Both the position numbers and the translations under genes were made by a program. The notes under the pieces are model-generated. The model did no database searches and had not been told where the DNA came from. It saw only the letters and a program-made list of their open reading frames with translations. Below, in pieces: positions 27,308-36,069 of a stretch of DNA of 64,000 bases. This stretch comes from Candidatus Chisholmbacteria bacterium RIFCSPHIGHO2_01_FULL_52_32. Lineage in GTDB: Bacteria > Patescibacteriota > Microgenomatia > UBA1400 > Chisholmbacteraceae. Location: contig MHCJ01000003.1 of assembly GCA_001816585.1 (NCBI GenBank), forward strand, positions 586,681-650,680. The letters run 5' to 3'. Positions within the stretch are counted from its first letter, which is position 1. Every line of letters begins with the position of its first letter.

Positions 27308-28537
27308 TCATGGGCAGGTGAAGACCTCGAACTGGGTCCAGACCCCTTCGTAGGTCAGAATCGGCAGGTTCGCCGGGCAGTTGTCGCGGGCGAAGTCCTT
27401 TGCCCAGTCGGTGGCCACCCAGTCGGCCGGAGCTCCCCAAACCGAGGCGTCGAACGTCGCAGCGGCTGCTGCGATGTCCTGGCCGCGGATGAGGCCGATG
27501 GCGCTGTGACCATTGAGACCCCCAGGGCTCTTGCTTGCATCGATGACATAGATGCACTGGGGATCCCAAGCGGGATTGATGGCTGCGATGCCATTTGCAT
27601 TGTCCCCCAGAGCCGGGCCAGCCTGTTCGTTACAGACCATGCCGCGGTTCTCGGTGTCGAACTTCGACACGCCGCTGAACGTCCCGCTTGAGGCGGGAGC
27701 GGCAAGGCCGGAAACCGTCAGGCCTCCCCAGGTGTAGCCCAGATTGAAATGGGGCAGTTGTTCGCCGGGGACGAGACCGATCTCCTCGGGCAAGGGATTG
27801 CCCGCACGGACGTCCTCACAGGAGGAGTCCTGGTGGACAATCTGCATCGTCTTCATGTCGACGTAGTCGAACACGATCGGTTCATAGGAGACCTTCGCAT
27901 CGTCCCAGTTGTTGCACTTGCCCGTGGCAAGTCCGTGGAGGATGTCGCGAGGCTTGGCCCCGACCGGCATCTGCCATTGAGTCCCTTGGTAGACTGAGAC
28001 GTTCTCGGCGGCGCCGAAGAAGGCGGTGATATGATGGTCTTCCGAAGGCGAAAAGCCTTCGAACCATCTCCCTTCCATCTCCGCGGCGCAGTCGGCGGCC
28101 CCGATCGCGGCATTCTGCCAGATCACTCCGGCAGTTTCGACGTACTCACCGTCGATGTCCTCCTGGGTGATGTCGGTAAGGAAACAGAAGTTCGGCAGAC
28201 TTGCGGTCTGCACCAGGCTGGGATCGAGGGTCGGGACTGCTGTGAGCGTAGGAAGCGCCACTTGGGTCTTCAACTGCTGTAGCTCTGCCTCTCCGGCTGC
28301 ATTCGTCGCCTTCGCGGCGGTGGCCTCAACGGCAAGGGCGTACCCGTCTTCAACTGCCCGGGTGTACTTGCGGTTTGTCACCGATGTCGCCAAGGCGATG
28401 GCCACCAACGCGATCACAATTGCGATGCCAGCTGGGGGGAGCCAACGTCTCGTTGGCTTCGACTGACTTACAGTCGGAGCGGTGGTCGCAGTCGGCGGAG
28501 GGGCGGGTGAAACTGGGTCTTGCTTTTTCTTAGTCAT
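27308..28537 (-). CDS. GC-rich membrane-anchored, Cys-containing extracellular orphan protein
   Basis: N-terminal TM, multiple Cys, RBS AAGGAGG; visibly higher GC3 than neighbours. Confidence 0.8.
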   Translation of the reverse strand: MTKKKQDPVSPAPPPTATTAPTVSQSKPTRRWLPPAGIAIVIALVAIALATSVTNRKYTRAVEDGYALAVEATAAKATNAAGEAELQQLKTQVALPTLTAVPTLDPSLVQTASLPNFCFLTDITQEDIDGEYVETAGVIWQNAAIGAADCAAEMEGRWFEGFSPSEDHHITAFFGAAENVSVYQGTQWQMPVGAKPRDILHGLATGKCNNWDDAKVSYEPIVFDYVDMKTMQIVHQDSSCEDVRAGNPLPEEIGLVPGEQLPHFNLGYTWGGLTVSGLAAPASSGTFSGVSKFDTENRGMVCNEQAGPALGDNANGIAAINPAWDPQCIYVIDASKSPGGLNGHSAIGLIRGQDIAAAAATFDASVWGAPADWVATDWAKDFARDNCPANLPILTYEGVWTQFEVFTCP

Positions 28538-29103
28538 GATGGGCCTCCTTGCCCAATGATGATCCGGATTGACTCCGAGGAAGCTTCGCCCGGGTGGGGC
28601 GTCCTTAAGGTTTGCGCGTCACGCCCAACCTTAGGTTTGCCTCCTCACATTCGCTTCATGTCTTTGGCTTTTTGGCCTTTTATTCCTGACGTTTTCAGCG
28701 GCGATTCGGTTATGAGACGCCCTGAAATTGGTCCCTTGTGCTTTATGTTCCACTTATGGTGGAGGCCGGATTTTTGCCCGACGCTTTGATCAGCACAGGG
28801 GAATTGACGCTTGGAAGAGAAGCCTTCAGCCGCAGAAGTTAGCGAAGGATTGAGCTTCACTCTCACGCACTCGGTAGCGAACCGATAAAAAAAACCCTAT
28901 ATGCCTTTGTCAATGAGCATTCCGCATCTGCGGAATCCCTGATCCCTTGAATGATTCCCGTTTGGCGGGATGGTGGGATCTGCCCACAAGCATTTTTGAG
29001 TGGGGTATCCCTTACTACAATCAAGGATCACCTCGGGGTATAAACGCTGGTATGCTTCTACCCCCGGGTGATCCTTTATTCGCTTCCCTCTGGCTTAACC
29101 GTC

Positions 29104-29352
29104 TTACTCTAAGAGGTAGACGCTTTTCAGCCTTCTGGCGATGGCAAACAGGGAAAGACCTGTGACGAATGCTACTGCGGCGATTTGGAAGAAGGCAGAT
29201 GACACAAAGCCAGTGTCGACCGGAGTGTGGGCACCGCAAACCACACCTCCGCCGTAGAACGGGGTGCAGGTTTGTGTGATTTCCTGAGCCATTGCTGATG
29301 GGGGAAAAACACTGGTGACCAACACGAAAAATGCGACAGTGAATTTTCTCAT
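29104..29352 (-). CDS. Tiny secreted disulfide-loop peptide with PVDTG sorting signal
   Basis: Signal peptide AMA-Q, CTPFYGGGVVC, PVDTG, TM, RRLK; directly downstream of the sortase. Confidence 0.75.
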   Translation of the reverse strand: MRKFTVAFFVLVTSVFPPSAMAQEITQTCTPFYGGGVVCGAHTPVDTGFVSSAFFQIAAVAFVTGLSLFAIARRLKSVYLLE

Positions 29353-29434
29353 ACGGACTCTTTATTTATGTGATGTAGAGCTTTCGGCTTATAAAAAAAG
29401 CAAAAAGGCCTCTTCCTTCTGCTATTGTTGGCAG

Positions 29435-29462
29435 ATTATACACGTCTCTGCTAATTTGTCAA
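29435..29462 (-). promoter_or_regulatory. Consensus sigma70 promoter of the micro-peptide gene
   Basis: TTGACA-16 bp-TATAAT. Confidence 0.7.
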
Positions 29463-29467
29463 GCCCG

Positions 29468-30133
29468 TCAGGCTTCCCGCAGGTTGGCATAGTAAAAGAT
29501 TCGAACGGGCGAGTTAAACAGCTTGCAGGTATAGAGGATGAGATCCGGGCTGTAGTCAGTGATCTGTTCCCCTTCATAGGACCCGGCGATTTCGTAGGTG
29601 TATTTCCGCTGGTTCCAAATCACTTCGACCGAATCGCCCTGTTTGAGTTTGGGGAGATTGAAGAAAGAGTTTCGCACGCGAAACTGCTGGCTCCAATCCA
29701 AGTATCCGAAGCGGTGGGCGGCGAGGATCATCGGTCTTTTTGCGAATTCCGGCGTGCCGAATTCAGGCACCCTCCAAACGCCCTCGCGGAGGACCGCATA
29801 GGGATCTTTCCCTTCACGAATTTGGGTGGAAACACCGATTTTTATGATTGTCACCCCGTTTTCCCGCGGGAGACTGGGATCAAACGGAGGGAGCGTGCGC
29901 GTTTTTTCTGTGGCGCTTTCGGAGGCCACAGAGTTTGCGGAAATACCGGCTCCCTCAACAAGAACGCCGGCGAGCTGTTGGCTGGTCTGGGGACGCAGTC
30001 TGTACCAAACCTGCGGCCAGAACGGAATCGTGACCAAGATGAGCGCCACAAACCAGAGGAATAATCCCGCCGTCGTGACGATGAGCGAGAGCCTGGATGG
30101 TGCCTGTTTGAAGAGTGTGCCGGAAAGGCGCAT
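29468..30133 (-). CDS. Sortase
   Basis: N-terminal TM, LAAHR (His), LYTC (Cys), downstream Arg, F.NLPKLKQGD. Confidence 0.9.
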   Translation of the reverse strand: MRLSGTLFKQAPSRLSLIVTTAGLFLWFVALILVTIPFWPQVWYRLRPQTSQQLAGVLVEGAGISANSVASESATEKTRTLPPFDPSLPRENGVTIIKIGVSTQIREGKDPYAVLREGVWRVPEFGTPEFAKRPMILAAHRFGYLDWSQQFRVRNSFFNLPKLKQGDSVEVIWNQRKYTYEIAGSYEGEQITDYSPDLILYTCKLFNSPVRIFYYANLREA

Positions 30134-30193
30134 AGGGAAAAGCGTATAGCGTACAGGAATAAAAAATCAAAGATCAATGTTTCACGTCCAAGT

Positions 30194-30242
30194 ATTATGA
30201 ATCATGAATTATGAATTATGAATTATGAATTATGAATCAAGG
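30194..30242. repeat. (ATTATGA)n heptamer array
   Basis: attatga atcatga (attatga)x4 atcaagg. Confidence 0.9.
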
Positions 30243-30254
30243 ATAAAAGCATTG

Positions 30255-30280
30255 AAAAAAGAACCCCGGAAACGGAGTTC
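30255..30280 (-). terminator. Intrinsic terminator
   Basis: GAACTCCG-TTTC-CGGGGTTC followed by T6. Confidence 0.7.
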
Positions 30281-30359
30281 TCGCAATTCACATTTGATTT
30301 GGTGCAAATTATAGCAGAAAATTACCCGAAAGTAAACCAGGAGGTTATTATTGTTGAGA

Positions 30360-30533
30360 TCAGGCAACAGCGCTATGGATGAGCAGATAGGTGAGAGCCG
30401 TTGCTACGATGATTGCGGCAATAAGAAGGGTGGCTGAGATTTTGGAATGACCCTGTCTCCGATGAAGGTTGAAGATCGGTTTGGCTACGAGGGAATTCTT
30501 TTCGAACAGGCGACGTGGTAAGTCGTTTGTCAT
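30360..30533 (-). CDS. 57-aa small membrane protein (below ORF-track cutoff)
   Basis: MTNDLPRRLFEKNS...ISATLLIAAIIVATALTYLLIHSAVA; TTGACA at 30632-30637 upstream. Confidence 0.45.
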   Translation of the reverse strand: MTNDLPRRLFEKNSLVAKPIFNLHRRQGHSKISATLLIAAIIVATALTYLLIHSAVA

Positions 30534-30676
30534 GGGCAGTAGTGACCTATCGACTGATATTCTCGGAAGGGGCTTTTGTCTTCCCCTCCGAAGCCTGTCC
30601 TGTTTTAAGGTTAAGACATGAGGACTATCTGTGTCAATGAGGAAATTAAACTAAAACGAGTGATCTTGAACCTGTT

Positions 30677-31789
30677 TTAATGCTCCGCCTCTCCTCTTCT
30701 GGCTTGACTTTCAATCTTATCCATCGCCTCCTTCAGCGCGACCCGCCAGTCGTGATGGGCGGTTTTGGCAACAAACGGCGGTGTTTGACGGTGATGGGCA
30801 ATCAAGGTGATCTCGTATAACTTGGCTTCGCCCGCAGCATTTTTCACCGAGTGGACATGGACCTCCAAGCGGCCGAGTTTCACCTTTTTCCTGAGTTTAA
30901 AAAAGCGTTTTTCCACCTCCACTTGGAAACCTGTTTTATCCTCAAAATCTTCCGGGAGCTCCATTTGCATTCCTTCTTCCTCTTCCCCTCCGGTACGGGC
31001 GATCGCCTCAAGTACATCCTTGTACGTTAAGATACCTATCGGCTGCCATTTCGGGTTCACGATGACCACGCTTCCGACTTCATGTTCAAGCATGAGGCCG
31101 ATCATCCTCGGCAGCGGTGTATTGGGAGTTGCGGTAATCACCGATCCTTTTACATAATTGCGAATCGGTTGGTCCAGAGACTTTCGTTTCTGCCCCACTC
31201 TTGAGAAAGGAGAGAGGGAAGTTTTCGGGGCTGATAGCGCTTGGCGGAGATCGTAGCGGGTAAGAATCCCGATGAGCTTTCCCTGCCCGTCGACCACGGG
31301 AAGACGGGCCACACCGCTACGGCGTAACAGTTCCCTGGCTTCACTCAGTCTGGCGCTCTGATCGATCGTCGTCAGTCGCCCTTTTCCCCGAAGCGGAAGT
31401 GTGTCGAATACATTTCCCAGCTCTCTGACTTTGCGAAGGAGCGAATAGACGGATACGATCCCGACCCACTCACCTGCCTCCGAAACGACGGGGAGAAAAT
31501 ATACTTTAGCAAGGACCATTTGTTTGGCGATTTCCCAGATTGGAGTTGACAGGCGGAGTTTCGGGGGTGAGAAAAGGCAGTGCTCTACTTTAGTGGTGGG
31601 AGGGTAATTGGCCCGAAACATGACGTAATAGGGAGTAATACAACCGAGAAGCTTTTTCCCTGCCGCCACGAATACCGCGTCGTGACTGGAATTCAATCTG
31701 GCCAGGGCTTGGGAGAGCGTTGCTGAGGGTGCACAGGTAATGATTTCTTCGGTCTTTAAGAGATCCCTGGCAGTTATCTCTTGTGGCAT
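30677..31789 (-). CDS. 4xCBS-domain protein fused to HPF/RaiA-like domain
   Basis: CBS signatures (FLPVV..G..VGIV, RLPVVD..GKLIGILT, GILTYKD); C-terminal beta-rich region ending ALKEAMDKIESQARR. Confidence 0.75.
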   Translation of the reverse strand: MPQEITARDLLKTEEIITCAPSATLSQALARLNSSHDAVFVAAGKKLLGCITPYYVMFRANYPPTTKVEHCLFSPPKLRLSTPIWEIAKQMVLAKVYFLPVVSEAGEWVGIVSVYSLLRKVRELGNVFDTLPLRGKGRLTTIDQSARLSEARELLRRSGVARLPVVDGQGKLIGILTRYDLRQALSAPKTSLSPFSRVGQKRKSLDQPIRNYVKGSVITATPNTPLPRMIGLMLEHEVGSVVIVNPKWQPIGILTYKDVLEAIARTGGEEEEGMQMELPEDFEDKTGFQVEVEKRFFKLRKKVKLGRLEVHVHSVKNAAGEAKLYEITLIAHHRQTPPFVAKTAHHDWRVALKEAMDKIESQARRGEAEH

Positions 31790-31880
31790 GTGCGTGTCAA
31801 TTATTCTATCATGAACCCTGTCAAGTCAATACTTCCGTATCCTTTCCCTCCTCTCCATGGCTTCTGGTATACTTTCTCAG

Positions 31881-32960
31881 ATGAAAATCCTGAAATGTTC
31901 CGACGCCAACCGGGCAAAAGTGATTGCCGAGAGCATCGCTTGTCTCTCCAAAGGAGGCTTGATTGTCTACCCTACGGAGACCTGCTATGGGGCGGGGGTT
32001 GATGCCGCAAACCGAACGGCAACGTTAAAGCTTCTTTCCTTCAAGGGCCAGCGGGGGAGTAAGCCGATTGCTCTGGCTGTTTCCGATCGGACAATGGCTT
32101 CACATTATGTTTCGATCAATGCAACAGCCGACCACCTCTATCGTACATTCCTGCCGGGGCCGCTGACCGTGGTTTCCCGAAGCCTCGCTACTCTTTCGCC
32201 TTCGCTTGAAGCGGGTACCGGAACCCTCGGGATCCGGATCCCCGCTCATCCGCTTGCCTTGGCCATTATCAAGCGATTGGGGAGACCACTCACGGCGACC
32301 TCGGCCAACACCTCCGGGAAGAAACCGCCATATTCCGTCAAGGACTTCGAGCAGTACACCTCACAGAAGCGCTTGGCTTTGGTCGATCTTTTCCTTGATG
32401 CGGGGACCCTTCCCCCAAATCCGCCTTCAACCGTCGTGGATACTACCCTCAATGAACCGGCGGTCCTCCGTCAGGGGGAAATTGTCATTCCCAAACACAA
32501 AGGAACTACGGTTGTTTCCGGTTCGCAAGAAGAAACCCAACGGCTGGCTGGCAGGCTCTTTTCAACCTACCGAAAGGAGCTTTCCCATAAACCCCTCATC
32601 TTCGCCCTCCAAGGGGAATTGGGGGCGGGAAAAACCCAGTTCGTCAAAGGGCTCGCCAAGGCTTTGGGTATCCGAACGAATATACCCTCTCCAACCTTTG
32701 TGCTGATCAAGGAGTATCCCTACTCCTGTTTTGGAATATCCGGAACGCTCTACCACGTCGATACATGGCGTCTTGAGAAAGGGGATGAGGTAATGGATCT
32801 TGGACTTGGGGCGATGCTCCGACCGGGGAATGTTATCGCGATTGAGTGGCTGCAAAAAGTGAAATCTTTACTTCGGAGTTTTTCGGACAAAGCCGTCATC
32901 ATATGGATTAGTTTCGCCCATGTTTCCGAAAGCGAAAGGGAGATCCGCTACCAAGCATGA
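31881..32960 (+). CDS. tsaC-tsaE: TsaC (Sua5/YrdC)-TsaE fusion
   Basis: YPTETCYG, PGPLT, ATSANTSG, PSTVVD then GELGAGKT, SPTF, HVD.WRL, IEW. Confidence 0.9.
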   Translation: MKILKCSDANRAKVIAESIACLSKGGLIVYPTETCYGAGVDAANRTATLKLLSFKGQRGSKPIALAVSDRTMASHYVSINATADHLYRTFLPGPLTVVSRSLATLSPSLEAGTGTLGIRIPAHPLALAIIKRLGRPLTATSANTSGKKPPYSVKDFEQYTSQKRLALVDLFLDAGTLPPNPPSTVVDTTLNEPAVLRQGEIVIPKHKGTTVVSGSQEETQRLAGRLFSTYRKELSHKPLIFALQGELGAGKTQFVKGLAKALGIRTNIPSPTFVLIKEYPYSCFGISGTLYHVDTWRLEKGDEVMDLGLGAMLRPGNVIAIEWLQKVKSLLRSFSDKAVIIWISFAHVSESEREIRYQA

Positions 32961-34024
32961 AGACGCGTTATACCATCCTTGCCATTGATACATCCTGCGA
33001 TGAGACTTCGGCCGCCGTGACGCTGAACAACCGGGTTCTTTCTAACGCGATCTCCTCCCAGGTTGAATTCCATCGGGAATACGGCGGGGTGGTCCCATTT
33101 CTGGCAAAGCGTATGCACGAGCAACTGATTACCCCGGCTATCCTGACCTCGCTCGCGCAGTCAAGGTTCGTCAAATCGGTTGGGGATGTCGATGCCATTG
33201 CGGTTACGGTCGGGCCCGGACTTGCCCCGGCCCTGGAAATCGGCATTGCCAAAGCGAAACAACTCAGTCTTGAATTTCAAAAACCATTGATCGCGGTTAA
33301 TCATATGGAATCGCACCTTGTCTCCTCTTTTGCCCTCAACCGCAACGGAAACGGGCCGTTTGCAAACACCCCGCTACTGTTTCCCATCCTTGCACTTTTG
33401 GTTTCGGGCGGGCATACGCAGTTGGTTTTGATGAATGGACCGGGACAATACATCTTGCTCGGGGAAACACTGGATGATGCCGCGGGAGAGGCGTTCGATA
33501 AGGTTGCCAAAATGCTTGATCTCGGATACCCGGGCGGATCGATCATTTCCGAGCTGGCAAAAAAAGGTCAGCCGAATTACCGCTTGCCTGTTCCGATGGT
33601 TCAATCCGGATCTTTGAATTTCAGTTTTTCCGGCCTCAAAACCGCTTGTTTATATTTTTTGCAAAAACAGAAACGTCCGTTTTCGCGCCGATTCACCATA
33701 GACTTTGCCGCATCATTTGAACGGGTAATGGCAAAGGCTTTGGTGTTAAAGCTTACGAAGGCGATCGAGCAATACCACCCCAGGCAAATCCTCCTTGGCG
33801 GCGGAGTGATTTCGAATCTGACACTTCGCAAAGAAGCTCGCAAGATTGCCAAACGACATGGACTTCCCCTGTTGGTTCCCTATTCGAAGCGGCTGTTTAC
33901 CGACAACGCGGCGATGGTTGGGGTCTGTGCTTGGTACCAGGCTAAACGAGGGGACTTTGTGAAGGATATTGCAAGGCTTGAGCGGCAGCCGAATTTGGGA
34001 TTTGGCAACGATGAGAACTTGTGA
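32957..34024 (+). CDS. tsaD: tRNA threonylcarbamoyltransferase TsaD
   Basis: DTSCDET, HMESH, LVSGGHT, DDAAGEAFDK, FSFSGLKT, DNAAM. Confidence 0.95.
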   Translation: MKTRYTILAIDTSCDETSAAVTLNNRVLSNAISSQVEFHREYGGVVPFLAKRMHEQLITPAILTSLAQSRFVKSVGDVDAIAVTVGPGLAPALEIGIAKAKQLSLEFQKPLIAVNHMESHLVSSFALNRNGNGPFANTPLLFPILALLVSGGHTQLVLMNGPGQYILLGETLDDAAGEAFDKVAKMLDLGYPGGSIISELAKKGQPNYRLPVPMVQSGSLNFSFSGLKTACLYFLQKQKRPFSRRFTIDFAASFERVMAKALVLKLTKAIEQYHPRQILLGGGVISNLTLRKEARKIAKRHGLPLLVPYSKRLFTDNAAMVGVCAWYQAKRGDFVKDIARLERQPNLGFGNDENL

Positions 34025-34903
34025 TTACTTCGACTTGGTCGTTAGCCATGCGCCCGAAAGAGCAAGGATTGCGCCAAGAGCAAACCCCACTGTTACCCGT
34101 TCTCCGAGAAGAATTGCCGACCAAACAAAGGTTGCTGCCGGTTGCAGGTAAAAGGTCATGCTCGCGGTAACCGGTGTCCCTTGTTTAATCGCGTACTGGT
34201 AGAGAAGATAATACGCGGCGGTGCCGATCACCCCGACGTAAGCCACGGCAAGCCAGGCACCGAGGGAAATTCCCGCCCACCATCGGGAGTAACTTGCGGT
34301 CTCCGTAATCGCAATAGCAAGGGATACCGCTGCGGTCGTGAGGGAAAAGGATAGCGTTAGGAACTGGGGTGAGTACCTTTCCTGAAGTTTTTTTGAAAAA
34401 ACGGAATAGATTGCGAATGAGGTAACCCCAGCAAGAATCATGAGATTCCCACCGAGGCTTCCACCGATTGCATCGGTGAGACCAAGGATCGGAAGGAGGA
34501 CGATAGAGAGGGTTCCGACCAACCCCAGGGTAATTCCTCCCATTTTCTTCAGAGTGATCTTTTCTTTGATCAAAAGGCGCGAGAATAGGACAGCGAGGAT
34601 GGGAACCGCGACATAGAGCATTTGAGCGGTGGTCGCCGTCGTGTTCCGAATGCCAAAAGTAAACAAGACGATGTTTAGCGTTGCTAAAAGGGAGACGAGA
34701 ATGACGGGGAGTGTGGCTTTTGTCAGCCTTGGTTTTTCCTTCAGAAAAAGCGGGAACAGAAAAAGCAGGCTTAACCCGAAACGGATAAAAATGAATGAAA
34801 GCGGCGGGATTTCCCGCAGACCGATTTTGCTCATGGTGGGAAGCCCGCCACCGAGGAGGGCGGCCAAAAGTACTGCAAGCAGAGCGAGGTTTCGGTTTTT
34901 CAT
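34025..34903 (-). CDS. EamA/DMT transporter
   Basis: Two EamA repeats, 10 TM, LGERVT. Confidence 0.88.
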   Translation of the reverse strand: MKNRNLALLAVLLAALLGGGLPTMSKIGLREIPPLSFIFIRFGLSLLFLFPLFLKEKPRLTKATLPVILVSLLATLNIVLFTFGIRNTTATTAQMLYVAVPILAVLFSRLLIKEKITLKKMGGITLGLVGTLSIVLLPILGLTDAIGGSLGGNLMILAGVTSFAIYSVFSKKLQERYSPQFLTLSFSLTTAAVSLAIAITETASYSRWWAGISLGAWLAVAYVGVIGTAAYYLLYQYAIKQGTPVTASMTFYLQPAATFVWSAILLGERVTVGFALGAILALSGAWLTTKSK

Positions 34904-34905
34904 CG

Positions 34906-35490
34906 TTAGGTGGGAAGCTGTCTTATCAGTTGAATGAGAGAGAGCACTTGGCTCTGGTGGGTGGTGATAAACCAAATAAGATAGATGCCGATACCCGGTT
35001 GAACGATGTACGTTTCCACCCAGCTGTCTGTTGTGATGCGCAGCACTGCAATTGGCGGAAGTCCGAAGTTAATGGGAATGGGAAACAGAAGCGGCAATCC
35101 TTCCTTGGTGAACGCGTCAGCGAGAAGGTGCGACAAATAGCCGATCATGATGCTTATAAAGATCATTTGCGGATCGATGAAGGAAGCATTGAGGAACTTC
35201 GGCAGCAGCCAGTTGAGGCCCTTATAAATGAGAAACACCCCGAGGAGTGAATGGGTGATGGTGCGGTGTTTGTAGAAGATTTGCCTAAAGATTTTTCCAA
35301 GGGAATCTCCGCCCGGAAGAAGATCCCAAAGCCGGTTGCCCGCCTGATCCATGTCCGGAATGAGCGCACCGATGATATTTCCGATAATGGATGCTCCGAC
35401 GGTCAGGAGATTCAATGATGCGGGAGGATAGAGTGTTGCAATCGTCAGCAGAGAAGCAAAGGCAAAGCCGTCATGGGTTCGGGCAGTCAT
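34906..35490 (-). CDS. YdjM-like inner-membrane metal-dependent hydrolase
   Basis: THD, PDMD, HRTITHS, SHLLAD..T..G.PLLFP. Confidence 0.88.
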   Translation of the reverse strand: MTARTHDGFAFASLLTIATLYPPASLNLLTVGASIIGNIIGALIPDMDQAGNRLWDLLPGGDSLGKIFRQIFYKHRTITHSLLGVFLIYKGLNWLLPKFLNASFIDPQMIFISIMIGYLSHLLADAFTKEGLPLLFPIPINFGLPPIAVLRITTDSWVETYIVQPGIGIYLIWFITTHQSQVLSLIQLIRQLPT

Positions 35491-35493
35491 ACT

Positions 35494-35745
35494 TTATCTG
35501 TAAATTTCCCTTCTGTGCCCTATCCTTAAGATTACGATCGTTTTTCCATGGATATCAAAAACCACCCGGTAATTGCCGATTCTCCACCGATATGTACCAA
35601 TCTTTGTGTCGATGAGTTTTCTTGTGTGTACTAGAGGATTCCTGGAGTAGTTCTCCAGTTTTACTTTAAGCTTCTTTTTCGCTACTTTATCTAATTTCTC
35701 AATATCCTTTACTGCAATCCTCGTATAGACAATTTTGAAGGCCAT
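35494..35745 (-). CDS. RelE/ParE family toxin
   Basis: YRWRIGNYRVVF, IGHRREIYR. Confidence 0.9.
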   Translation of the reverse strand: MAFKIVYTRIAVKDIEKLDKVAKKKLKVKLENYSRNPLVHTRKLIDTKIGTYRWRIGNYRVVFDIHGKTIVILRIGHRREIYR

Positions 35746-35993
35746 TAGATTTCGCCGAAGACTTCACCGTGAGAAAATATCTCTCCTCTTCTATACTCTT
35801 CGCGGGCTTTTTTGATGCTTTCTTGGTATTTTTTATTTGTGAGTGCAATGAGGTCTTCAAAGAAATCGATATTCACAAGAGCAGAGGTGATCTTTCCCCT
35901 TTTTGCCACTAGAAGGAAGTCCTTTTTATGGCTGATTTCAACTAAGGTGTCCGCTAAGTTGTTTCTGAGAACAGTTGAGCTTACAATATTCAT
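35745..35993 (-). CDS. Phd/YefM family antitoxin
   Basis: VSSTVLRNNLA..L..I, KRGK, coupled upstream of toxin. Confidence 0.85.
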   Translation of the reverse strand: MNIVSSTVLRNNLADTLVEISHKKDFLLVAKRGKITSALVNIDFFEDLIALTNKKYQESIKKAREEYRRGEIFSHGEVFGEI

Positions 35994-36003
35994 GATAATT
36001 TCT

Positions 36004-36031
36004 ATTGTACATTAGGAATGTCCTTTGTCAA
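36004..36031 (-). promoter_or_regulatory. TA promoter with operator palindrome
   Basis: TTGACA-16-TACAAT; ACATT-N3-AATGT at 36009-36021. Confidence 0.7.
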
Positions 36032-36069
36032 TGTAAGTTTTGATAGATATGCACTCGGCTTCGATCTTC

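Noticed and set aside
29315-30064. Long antisense ORFs (also 57786-58460, 19611-20258, 17399-17998)
   Set aside because: Shadows of well-supported genes on the opposite strand with no recognisable motifs.
30194-30242. Tandem arrays as CRISPR
   Set aside because: No spacers, units only 7 bp, no cas genes in the window.
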